A stretch of 26,088 bases of DNA, from positions 1 through 26,088 of IMG/VR virus record IMGVR_UViG_3300011339_000038; one strand, written 5' to 3'. Shown one piece after another: positions 9,441-19,348 of the stretch (position 1 is the stretch's first letter; every line of letters starts with the position of its first letter). Both the position numbers and the translations under genes were made by a program. The notes beneath the pieces were generated by a model. The model made no database searches, was not told the DNA's origin, and saw nothing but the letters and a program-made list of their open reading frames with translations. Source of the stretch: a virus (Duplodnaviria; Caudoviricetes).

Positions 9441-11017
9441 TGGCTGTTGATATCAATAAGTTAATCAATGATGCTAAGACGGCACAAGAAGCCGCACGTG
9501 CAGCAGCAGAAGCAGCAAACAAAGTTGCAGCTAAAGACAAGGCAAATGAAGAAGTTACAGCCCTTAGCAAGAGCCAACTTAAGTATGCAGACACCCTGAA
9601 AGTAACACTTGCAGACTATGAAGCAAGACTTAAAATCTTTGCTAATAAAATTGCACGCGGTGATAAGTTATCAGGCGTTGAGCAAAAAGAATTTAAGAGA
9701 CTGCAGTCAGATTACAAATCTGTTTCTGCAAGCGTTGATGCTGCCATCAAGAAGGCAAACGATATTCTTGTAGAAGCACGTCGCAGCAAGTCTACACAAA
9801 CCACTCCACCACCTGCAGCAACAGGTATTAAAACTCCTACCGGTCCTGATGCTGCACGTCTTGGAGTTACCTCAACTACTGCAACAAAGCCTGAAGCAAC
9901 ACCTGAAACTAAGTTAAGTTCTACTCCAGATGCTAATGCAGGCAAGCAAGATAAGACACCTCCGGCTAATGCTCTTTCAACTCCATTAAATGCAGGCTCA
10001 TTCCGCAAGGGAGAAGAAGCCTCAATGCTTGGAGCCGATGGTAAGCCATCTGGAACTAAGAGTTCCCTAGATACTTTGCTTGCAAAGACAGAGTTCTGGT
10101 ATGACCTACCTGACTATATCTTTAAGTTAGATACCAAACTTGGAGAATTGCTTGTAGAAGCAGTCGATAAGGGTTGGGATGAAGCTAAGTTTTTAGCTAA
10201 AGCCAAGTTAACTCCTTGGTGGCAGAAGAATGCTGATTCAGTACGTACAAAGATTGTTAACCGTGAGAAGTACAACGATCTTGTTAAGGCTGGCGAAGAT
10301 GTTAAGAATACCGAATACGGTATGTTTCTTGGCAAGACAATGCGTACTGTCAAAGCAAAAGCAAAAGAACTTGCTGATGTAACTCTTACAGATGAGCAGG
10401 CACAATCTGTTGCACAGAAGATTTACGATGGTAATTTAGAAGATGACCCACTAGCAATCAATGCTTTGATTGTTCCTTTTATTGGCAAGACAACAAGCAT
10501 TGTTGGTGCAGGTACAAAGCAAACTGGTTTTGGTGGACAAGCGCTACAGAACTACCAAACACTTCAAGATATTGCCAAGAAAAATGGTTTCTCTCTAAAG
10601 GATATCTTGCCAAACATCTCTGCAGTTACTGCAGGTGGAGATCTTGAGACAGCAGTATTGCGTGGTCTAGCAGATGGTTCTATTGACATCAACCGCGTAG
10701 CACAAGATGCTCGTATGCTTGCAGCACAAGGTCAGCCACAATATGTACGCAACTTGCTTAGCCAAGGCTATGACCTAGAAGCTGTATATGCACCATACCG
10801 CAGAACTATGGCAACTGAACTTGAGTTACAGCCAGATGAGATTGACCTTAACGACAGCACTCTTCGTATGGCTATCACCGATAAGGGCGATATGAACCTG
10901 TACGACTTCAAGAAGGCTCTACGTCAAGACAATCGCTGGCAGTACACAGGCACTGCTAAAGAAGAAGTTTCTAACGCAGCACTTAAAGTCCTCAAGGACT
11001 TTGGATTCCAGGGGTAA
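9440..11017 (+). CDS. Putative internal virion / ejection protein (525 aa)
   Basis: N-terminal Ala/Lys coiled-coil, Thr/Pro linker, helical C-terminal domain; coupled to the upstream gene by TAATG. Confidence 0.55.
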   Translation: MAVDINKLINDAKTAQEAARAAAEAANKVAAKDKANEEVTALSKSQLKYADTLKVTLADYEARLKIFANKIARGDKLSGVEQKEFKRLQSDYKSVSASVDAAIKKANDILVEARRSKSTQTTPPPAATGIKTPTGPDAARLGVTSTTATKPEATPETKLSSTPDANAGKQDKTPPANALSTPLNAGSFRKGEEASMLGADGKPSGTKSSLDTLLAKTEFWYDLPDYIFKLDTKLGELLVEAVDKGWDEAKFLAKAKLTPWWQKNADSVRTKIVNREKYNDLVKAGEDVKNTEYGMFLGKTMRTVKAKAKELADVTLTDEQAQSVAQKIYDGNLEDDPLAINALIVPFIGKTTSIVGAGTKQTGFGGQALQNYQTLQDIAKKNGFSLKDILPNISAVTAGGDLETAVLRGLADGSIDINRVAQDARMLAAQGQPQYVRNLLSQGYDLEAVYAPYRRTMATELELQPDEIDLNDSTLRMAITDKGDMNLYDFKKALRQDNRWQYTGTAKEEVSNAALKVLKDFGFQG

Positions 11018-11020
11018 ACA

Positions 11021-12247
11021 ATGGCTGAGCAATTTGTAACGGATATTTCAAAGTTTTCAAAAAATGTTCAAGATGCACTTATAGGAACCGCTAAAGCAGC
11101 TGGGATGGAAGTAGAAGAATATCTCAAGTCACGTGGTGGTATAAACCCAATTACTAGAAAGTTTGGTGATTCATACAATCCCAGCACAGATCTTACTGAT
11201 GCTGAATATCAAGCAGCCGTTGCTGGTAAATCTGGAGCAGATATAGGTAAAGCAATTAACGCTGCAACAGAAGCAAAATTAGCAGCATTTACTAAAGCAA
11301 ACCCACAATCAACTCAAGCAAAAGGATTATTGTCAGGAACTGCAGCAAAATTAAAGACAGATGCTGAAATTGCTGCAGAGACAAAGGCTGCTGAAAATAA
11401 GGCAGAACGCCAATCAGCCTATGATTTGCTATTGCAGCAATTTAATCAATATGGATTAAGCGCTTTAGTAACCCCACTTAAAGACCTTATTACTAGCGGT
11501 GCCTCACCATCAGAGTTTACAATTCGCTTGCGTGAGTCAGATGCTTACAAGAAGCGCTTTGCTGCAAACCAAGATCGTATCAATAAAGGATTAACAGCAA
11601 TCTCAGAAGCTGAGTACTTAGGTCTTGAGGACCAGTACCAGAACATTATGCGTAACTACGGCCTACCTGCCGAGTATTACACACGCGGAGATATGGGAAT
11701 CCAAGAAGGATTCAACAAGTTTATTGCTAACGATGTATCTGCAGCAGAACTAGAAGACCGTGTTATGACAGCGCAGTCTCGTGTTATGAACGCTAACCCA
11801 GAGGTGCTTGCATCTCTTAAGGCATTCTATCCAGACATCACCAATGGTGACATCTTGGCTTATACATTAAATCCAACTAAGGCACTTACTGATATCAAGC
11901 GCAAGGTAACTGCAGCTGAAATCGGTGGAGCAGCAACTCAGGCAGGACTTGGATTAACAGGTACTCGTGCTGAGGAATTGGGTGCTGCAGGCATTACTAA
12001 GCAGCAAGCACAGCAAGGTTTCCAGACAGTTGCAGAAGTCGCACCACGTGGTGGACAACTAGCAGCAATCTATGGTGAATCACCATACACACAGCAAACA
12101 GCAGAACAGGAAGTCTTTGGACTTACTGGTTCAACAGAGGCTGCAAAGCAGCGTAAGAAACTTGCAGGGCTAGAACGCGCAGCGTTCTCTGGCCAAACAG
12201 GTGCAGCGCAAGGTGCTCTCGGTAGAGAGCGTGCTGGCAACTTCTAA
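11021..12247 (+). CDS. Putative internal virion / ejection protein (408 aa)
   Basis: Ala/Gln/Gly-rich helical protein, last gene of the block before the scaffold. Confidence 0.55.
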   Translation: MAEQFVTDISKFSKNVQDALIGTAKAAGMEVEEYLKSRGGINPITRKFGDSYNPSTDLTDAEYQAAVAGKSGADIGKAINAATEAKLAAFTKANPQSTQAKGLLSGTAAKLKTDAEIAAETKAAENKAERQSAYDLLLQQFNQYGLSALVTPLKDLITSGASPSEFTIRLRESDAYKKRFAANQDRINKGLTAISEAEYLGLEDQYQNIMRNYGLPAEYYTRGDMGIQEGFNKFIANDVSAAELEDRVMTAQSRVMNANPEVLASLKAFYPDITNGDILAYTLNPTKALTDIKRKVTAAEIGGAATQAGLGLTGTRAEELGAAGITKQQAQQGFQTVAEVAPRGGQLAAIYGESPYTQQTAEQEVFGLTGSTEAAKQRKKLAGLERAAFSGQTGAAQGALGRERAGNF

Positions 12248-12258
12248 ATAAAAGCCTG

Positions 12259-12370
12259 CCAACGGGACGACTGGTCCGTTGGAGCGATAACAAAACCAGG
12301 AGTAAGAGCCACGATAGATTCCCCAGTTTATCGTGAGGCTTACGCAATCAAACCAATGATAGGGAGAAGG
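12259..12370 (+). ncRNA. Candidate structured cis-regulatory RNA (H-type pseudoknot plus long hairpin) in the scaffold/capsid leader
   Basis: S1 CCAACGG 12259-12265 / CCGTTGG 12276-12282; S2 CTGGT 12271-12275 / ACCAG 12295-12299; A-rich loop 3. Second hairpin 12302-12343 (GTAA/TTAC, GCC/GGC, ACGATAGATT/AGTTTATCGT, loop CCCC) lies just 5' of the GGGAGAAGG RBS. Confidence 0.6.
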
Positions 12371-12373
12371 ACT

Positions 12374-12841
12374 ATGTCCAATTACGACTACGAGGATGAT
12401 GACGATTTCGATACGAATGAGTCAAGCAATGACCTTGTAAAACAACTACGCAAAGCAGCTAAGCAAAAGGATAAAGAACTAGCAGAACTTCGTTCTCAGT
12501 TTGATGGACTCAGCAAAGCTCAACGTGAAAGATCAATCAAGGATGCCCTCGAACGTCGCGGGGTAAATCAGAAGATCGCTTCATTTATCCCACAGGACAT
12601 TGACCCAACTGAGGAGTCTGTGTCTAAGTGGCTTGAGGATTATGCCGATGTATTCGGTATAGACCTTGGCCAAAACCAGAGTACGAATGTAGACCCAGCA
12701 GATATTGCTGCATACAAGAAGATGACAGGAACAACTGATGTTGCTCAGTCACCTGAACGTGGCGCAGACGTGATGTCCCGCCTAATGAATGCAAACAGCA
12801 AAGAAGAACTGGACGACATCATTCGCCAATCTGGACTTTAA
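12374..12841 (+). CDS. Capsid scaffolding protein (155 aa; start revised from 12356)
   Basis: GGGAGAAGG RBS before ATG 12374; acidic N-terminus (DYEDDDDFD), coiled-coil LVKQLRKAAKQKDKELAELRSQF; immediately upstream of the major capsid gene. Confidence 0.8.
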   Translation: MSNYDYEDDDDFDTNESSNDLVKQLRKAAKQKDKELAELRSQFDGLSKAQRERSIKDALERRGVNQKIASFIPQDIDPTEESVSKWLEDYADVFGIDLGQNQSTNVDPADIAAYKKMTGTTDVAQSPERGADVMSRLMNANSKEELDDIIRQSGL

Positions 12842-12870
12842 CCCAACCCATAATCGAAAGGTAAAGCCAA

Positions 12871-13809
12871 ATGGCAATTCCAGCAGGTAATTTAACTGGT
12901 ACCTCCGATATCTCAGCACTCGTAAAGACAGCGTACGATCAATATGTTCGTATGGCTCTCCGTAGCATTCCAGTAATGCGTGCGATTGCAGATGTCAAGC
13001 CAGTACAGCAGGCTATGCCTGGTTCATCAGTTGTGTTCTCTATCTACTCAGATCTTGCACAAGCAACATCTACATTGACAGAAACATCAGATGTATCAAG
13101 CATTGCTCTAGGTAACCCAAACCAGGTTACAGTAACTCTGAACGAATACGGTTCAGCAGTTACAACAACAAAGAAGTTAAACCTAACTTCATTCAACGAT
13201 GTAGATTCAGCACTTGCTGACATCATCGCTTACAACTCAGCAGACTCAATTGATGCTGTAGTTGCAGCAGTTCTTACAGGTGGCTCAAACGTCATCTACG
13301 CAGGAACAACAGCGACATCAACAAACACAATCACAGCAACATCAACAATGGCTGTGGCTGATATCCGTGAGGCTGTAACACAGCTTCGCACAAACAAGGC
13401 TGTGCCACGTATCAATGATTTGTACGCAGCATACCTACACCCACGTCAGGCAGCAGACCTACGTGCAGAGTCAGGCACTGGTGGATTCCAGGCATTGACA
13501 CAGTACGTAGATCGCACACCATTCGTGGCTGGTGCAGTAGGAGTAATCGAAGGTGCATTCGTTGTTGAAACACCTCGTATTCCTTACGCAGCAAACACAC
13601 AGTCACCAGCTGTTAACGTCTACAAGGCAGTTATTGCCGGACGTGAAGCATTGGCAGAAGCACAAGGACAGGACATCTCTACCGTTATCGGACCAGAGAT
13701 CGATGCTCTACGTCGTTTCCGCACAATCGGTTGGTACTATATGGGCGGCTTTGCTCGCCTACGTGAAGCAGCTCTATATCGCATTGAGTCTGCAGCGTCT
13801 ATTAACTAA
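12871..13809 (+). CDS. Major capsid protein (HK97 fold; resembles N4-gp56/P22-like coat proteins)
   Basis: 312 aa, GAAAGG RBS, strongly biased codon usage. Motifs VTVTLNEYG, YAAYLHPRQAADLR, GVIEGAFVVET and DALRRFRTIGWY are typical of this capsid family. Confidence 0.9.
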   Translation: MAIPAGNLTGTSDISALVKTAYDQYVRMALRSIPVMRAIADVKPVQQAMPGSSVVFSIYSDLAQATSTLTETSDVSSIALGNPNQVTVTLNEYGSAVTTTKKLNLTSFNDVDSALADIIAYNSADSIDAVVAAVLTGGSNVIYAGTTATSTNTITATSTMAVADIREAVTQLRTNKAVPRINDLYAAYLHPRQAADLRAESGTGGFQALTQYVDRTPFVAGAVGVIEGAFVVETPRIPYAANTQSPAVNVYKAVIAGREALAEAQGQDISTVIGPEIDALRRFRTIGWYYMGGFARLREAALYRIESAASIN

Positions 13810-13815
13810 GTAATT

Positions 13816-13857
13816 GGTTGACTGCAGGGCTTGGGAAACCAAGCCTTGTGGTAAGCC
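13816..13857 (+). terminator. Long GNRA-capped hairpin after the capsid gene (U-tract-less terminator or mRNA stabiliser)
   Basis: ACTGCAGGGCTTGG-GAAA-CCAAGCCTTGTGGT (14 bp with G-U pairs), extended by GGTT/AGCC; no poly-U. Confidence 0.6.
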
Positions 13858-13871
13858 CATTAAGGAGAGTA

Positions 13872-14195
13872 ATGCCATACGAACTAAGAACACCTTGGGA
13901 AAATGAAACCTGGTGCGATAGCACCTATTTCAATATGTATGCACGCCTAGCAGGGCGACCACTTCAAGGTGGTTCCTACACAGGTGCTGTTCCGTCATTT
14001 ATGACAGACGTTGCACGTGGTGTAACTTTGCTAGTCAATGGAACTGTAGTTACTGAAAGCAGAACTCCATACCAAGATGACTTGGCAAATGCCACTACCT
14101 ACTACCTTGGCGGTCACGCTTACACGCTGACAGATGCTGAGGCACAGGTACTTATTGACGCTGGTTACAGCGAGTATCTGACACCGGTGGTCTAA
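13872..14195 (+). CDS. Hypothetical head-associated protein (107 aa; start revised from 13818)
   Basis: TAAGGAG RBS at 13861, ATG 13872 (MPYELRTPWENETW...); directly follows the capsid gene. Confidence 0.75.
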   Translation: MPYELRTPWENETWCDSTYFNMYARLAGRPLQGGSYTGAVPSFMTDVARGVTLLVNGTVVTESRTPYQDDLANATTYYLGGHAYTLTDAEAQVLIDAGYSEYLTPVV

Positions 14196-14464
14196 TGGCT
14201 AAACACAGAGAAGATCACCCAGTAGATGTTGATGGTTGCTTTGGTTGCAAAGTAATCGGATTGCAGTTAGATCCAGGAGCTGCAAAGAGCAATGGCGTAC
14301 CAACTGCCAAGGCTCACGATAAAGAGTTGAGTTCTTACTACAGCGCAGTACGGCAGGGAATCGAACCTCGTTCGACGAAGCAGCACGATATTGATGCAGC
14401 AGTAAGAATCAGCAATGAAGCAGGCAAAGCATTTGATGGAGCAAGTTTAACTCTAAAACCTTAA
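14195..14464 (+). CDS. Hypothetical protein with N-terminal H-x3-H-x6-CxxC putative metal site
   Basis: TAATG-coupled; sequence HREDHPVDVDGCFGCK. Confidence 0.7.
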   Translation: MAKHREDHPVDVDGCFGCKVIGLQLDPGAAKSNGVPTAKAHDKELSSYYSAVRQGIEPRSTKQHDIDAAVRISNEAGKAFDGASLTLKP

Positions 14465-14474
14465 GGAGAATAAA

Positions 14475-14612
14475 ATGGAAAACAAGAAAGTAGTGATAGT
14501 ACAAAACGTCGAAGAGGCTAAGTATTACCCAGCAGAAGACAAGCAATTTGAATCTAACCGCAAGTATATGACTTACGAGTCAATCTCTACAGGTGTCGGA
14601 GGTAAGAAGTAA
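14475..14612 (+). CDS. Small hypothetical protein (45 aa), not in ORF track
   Basis: TAAGGAG RBS, ATG 14475, MENKKVVIVQNVEEAKYYPAEDKQFESNRKYMTYESISTGVGGKK, TAATG-coupled to the next gene. Confidence 0.75.
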   Translation: MENKKVVIVQNVEEAKYYPAEDKQFESNRKYMTYESISTGVGGKK

Positions 14613-14767
14613 TGTCAGTTAAGGGCGAGAAGTACGCATCAACTGCGGCTAAGAAGAAGCACGAAAAGATGGAAGGCAAGAAAGAGCGCAAGATGGAATA
14701 CGGCGCTAAGGCTGCAGCAGGAAAGTGCAAGAAGTGCGGCAAGTCAAAGAAAGCCTGCAAGTGCTAA
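14612..14767 (+). CDS. Small Lys-rich protein with C-terminal CxxC-x6-CxC (51 aa), not in ORF track
   Basis: GGAGG upstream, TAATG overlap at both ends; MSVKGEKYASTAAKKKHEKMEGKKERKMEYGAKAAAGKCKKCGKSKKACKC. Confidence 0.78.
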   Translation: MSVKGEKYASTAAKKKHEKMEGKKERKMEYGAKAAAGKCKKCGKSKKACKC

Positions 14768-14937
14768 TGAAGAAGACCAAAGAAGCTAAAGTAATGGGCG
14801 AGTTCAAAAGAGGAACTCTGCACTCTGGCAAAGGTGGTCCAGTAGTTAAGTCTCGCAAGCAGGCTGTTGCTATTGCGCTATCAGAGGCAGGTAAGTCAAA
14901 GCCTAAGATGAAAGCCAAGAAGAAGAGTGGCAAGTAA
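14767..14937 (+). CDS. Small basic protein, DUF6496-like (56 aa; start revised from 14725)
   Basis: TAATG-coupled ATG 14767. KVMGEFKRGTLHSGKGGPVVKSRKQAVAIALSEA matches my recollection of the DUF6496 consensus; needs HMM confirmation. Confidence 0.72.
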   Translation: MKKTKEAKVMGEFKRGTLHSGKGGPVVKSRKQAVAIALSEAGKSKPKMKAKKKSGK

Positions 14938-15193
14938 GAAGGATCCACGCCTAGAGCGTGCAGGTGTAGAAGGCTTTAACAAGCCTAAGCGCACACCATC
15001 ACATCCGACTAAGTCTCACGTTGTAGTAGCCAAAGAAGGCGACAAGGTAAAGACTATTCGCTTTGGTCAACAAGGCGTAACTGGCGATAAGAAGCCAACA
15101 GCAAGACAGGCATCCTTTAAGGCTCGTCACGCAGCAAACATTGCCAAGGGCAAGATGTCAGCTGCGTACTGGGCTAATAAGGAGAAGTGGTGA
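14927..15193 (+). CDS. Basic phage hypothetical protein (88 aa)
   Basis: GTG start overlapping the previous gene; KTIRFGQQG...ASFKARH...SAAYWANKEKW; GTGA-coupled to the next gene. Confidence 0.75.
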   Translation: MASKKDPRLERAGVEGFNKPKRTPSHPTKSHVVVAKEGDKVKTIRFGQQGVTGDKKPTARQASFKARHAANIAKGKMSAAYWANKEKW

Positions 15194-15354
15194 AAAAGAA
15201 AACAGCATTCTGGGATACAAAGAATCCCAAAGAAAAATCAAAGACATTAACGCCAGCACAAAAGGCGGCAGCAAAAGCAAAGGCTAAGGCAGCAGGTAGG
15301 CCTTATCCAAACTTAGTAGACAACGCAGCAGCAGCTCGTAAAAAGAAGAAGTGA
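15190..15354 (+). CDS. Small Lys/Ala-rich protein (54 aa), not in ORF track
   Basis: TAAGGAG RBS, GTGA overlap; MKKKTAFWDTKNPKEKSKTLTPAQKAAAKAKAKAAGRPYPNLVDNAAAARKKKK. Confidence 0.78.
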   Translation: MKKKTAFWDTKNPKEKSKTLTPAQKAAAKAKAKAAGRPYPNLVDNAAAARKKKK

Positions 15355-15363
15355 GGTAGATAG

Positions 15364-15659
15364 GTGCCAACAGGAAATCCAGGGTCAACCCTAGTAGCAG
15401 AACTCAACAGGCTCGCCAATGGAGGCACCTACCCACCAATTACTGCATATCTTGATGAAGCAGGTGCTGCTCGTGCTTGGGCTACGCAGCGAGGCATAAC
15501 GCCTTACCACACAGATACAGTAGGAGTTCTTAATGACATTGCGGGTATTCCAGATGGCTCGAACTATCGTCTTGATTACACTGGCGTATGTAATTACATC
15601 GCTGGTACTACTGGGCTTACTGCAAACGCAGCACTCCAAAGCATTAATGAAGGTGCTTG

Positions 15660-15660
<1 letters not shown>
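15364..15660 (+). CDS. Hypothetical virion protein (98 aa)
   Basis: GAGGT RBS, GTG start, TGATG-coupled to the fibre-attachment gene. Confidence 0.7.
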
Positions 15661-17692
<2,032 letters not shown>

Positions 17693-17699
17693 ACTGCTA

Positions 17700-17711
17700 T
17701 ACGATTAGCCT
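17700..17711 (+). promoter_or_regulatory. Putative -10 box of a leaderless promoter for the glycosyltransferase pair
   Basis: TACGAT (17700-17705), 6 nt, then ATG 17712; no Shine-Dalgarno upstream; same geometry as the promoter at 25893. Confidence 0.5.
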
Positions 17712-18290
17712 ATGAAGGTTAACGAGTTTTTCGACAAGGTTGTGGTGATAAACCTAGACCGCAGAACAGATCGTATGGAACAACTAGATGCTCAGTTGAA
17801 AGAACTGGATATTGAGTACGAACGATTCTCAGCAGTAGATGCAGTGGCTGAAGGTATAGATCCTATCCAAGCCTGCAGACAAAGCCACATCCAAGTGTTA
17901 GAACAAAGCGAAGGACTAACGCTCATCCTTGAAGATGATGCGTTGTTTATGGAGAACTTCCAAGAACGCTTTGACAATTTCATAGAGTTACTGCCTGAAG
18001 ACTGGGACATCTTTTACCTAGGTGCAGTCTTGCTTAACAGCGAGAACTGCAACTGGATGATGGTCCGGGCGATGGACACATCTTCCCTACACGCTTACTG
18101 CATCAATCCTAAGTTTAAGGATAAAGCATTAGCGCAAGCTAGAACATACCCTGAGCATATTGATGTTGCTTATCGTTTAATCCACAGACAGTGCAGAGCA
18201 TATGCTGCTAAGCACGCATTGGTTAAACAGTATCCGTCTTACTCAGACTTAATGTTAAAAGATGTTGACTACTTGAGTTGGTATAAATGA
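17712..18290 (+). CDS. Glycosyltransferase family 25
   Basis: VVVINLDRRTDRM, YERFSAVDA, ACRQSHIQVL, LILEDDA and DWDIFYLG are the GT25 hallmark motifs. Confidence 0.88.
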   Translation: MKVNEFFDKVVVINLDRRTDRMEQLDAQLKELDIEYERFSAVDAVAEGIDPIQACRQSHIQVLEQSEGLTLILEDDALFMENFQERFDNFIELLPEDWDIFYLGAVLLNSENCNWMMVRAMDTSSLHAYCINPKFKDKALAQARTYPEHIDVAYRLIHRQCRAYAAKHALVKQYPSYSDLMLKDVDYLSWYK

Positions 18291-19348
18291 AAATAGCAAT
18301 CTATACAATTTCTAAAAATGAGGAGAAACACGTTGAACGCTGGTATGAGTCAACCAAAGAGGCTGACTACCACGTCATCGCAGACACAGGATCAACAGAC
18401 AGAACAGTTGAGATTGCACGAAGTCTTGGCATTACGGTTGTCCCGATCCATATTTTCCCATTTAGATTTGATGATGCGAGAAACGCATCGCTTGCCGTAG
18501 TACCCAAGGATGCTGATTACTGTATCGCTTTGGATATGGATGAAGTGCTTACACCTGATTGGCGTAAACCAGTTGAGGAAGCATTTGCTAGAGGAATAGA
18601 TCGTCTGCACTACAGACGTATTGAAGCCTTTAATACAGATGGAACAGTTGCCTCAGAGTTCAACGGCTTTAAGGTGCATAGGCGAGAAGGCATACGCTGG
18701 CACTATCCAATTCACGAGGTACCGCAGTGGTACTTAGAGCGAGATGAAGTCAAAGAGTTTGTTACAGGCTTTGAAACTCATCACTTGCAGGATAAAGAAA
18801 AGTCTCGTGGTCAGTACCTGCCAATGCTAGAGATGGCAGTTAGGGAAAACCCTGATGCTAGAAACCTGTACTACTTAGGTAGAGAACAATCTTACCATCA
18901 GCAGTATGACAAGAGTGCTGAGTCACTCAAGAAGTATTTAGAGTTAAGTATCTTTCCAGAGGAACGCTCAGCTGCTTGTCGCATCTTATCTAAGTGCGAA
19001 CCAGATAATGCTGAAGAGTGGTTCATTAAAGGTACAGAAGAGTTTGCAAGCAGGGAGTCAATCCTAGCTCTTGCAAACTATTACTACACCAAAGCAATGT
19101 GGGATGAATGCTTGTTAGTTGCTGAGAAAGCACTCAAGTTTACTGAAAAGCCTTCACAGTTCCTTGCAGAGTCTTGGGCGTGGGGACATATGGCTTATGA
19201 CCTAGCAGCAATTAGTTGCTGGCAATTAGGTAGATGGAAGATGGCGTACAAGTACGGTAAAGAAGCACTAAAGATAAGCCCCAATGATGAACGACTGGCA
19301 AAGAACCTTGCGTTCTATAAGGAGAAAATGAATGGCAACACTAAATGA
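18287..19348 (+). CDS. Glycosyltransferase family 2 with C-terminal TPR-like repeats
   Basis: ISKNEE, ADTGSTDRT, FDDARNASL, LDMDE (DxD) and PIHE motifs; helical C-terminus with YYLGRE and EALKISPNDERLAKNL TPR-like patterns; ATGA-coupled to GT25. Confidence 0.9.
   Translation: MKIAIYTISKNEEKHVERWYESTKEADYHVIADTGSTDRTVEIARSLGITVVPIHIFPFRFDDARNASLAVVPKDADYCIALDMDEVLTPDWRKPVEEAFARGIDRLHYRRIEAFNTDGTVASEFNGFKVHRREGIRWHYPIHEVPQWYLERDEVKEFVTGFETHHLQDKEKSRGQYLPMLEMAVRENPDARNLYYLGREQSYHQQYDKSAESLKKYLELSIFPEERSAACRILSKCEPDNAEEWFIKGTEEFASRESILALANYYYTKAMWDECLLVAEKALKFTEKPSQFLAESWAWGHMAYDLAAISCWQLGRWKMAYKYGKEALKISPNDERLAKNLAFYKEKMNGNTK

Noticed and set aside
12259-12300. Assignment of the leader pseudoknot to a known riboswitch or ribozyme (preQ1-I, ZTP, SAM-II, pistol, HDV-like)
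   Set aside because: The overall topology is similar to small H-type aptamers, but the conserved core nucleotides of those families are not present as far as I can judge by eye, and the gene context is structural.
13780-13815. T7-style programmed frameshift extending the major capsid protein
   Set aside because: No slippery heptamer is visible near the 3' end, and further TAA stops follow closely.
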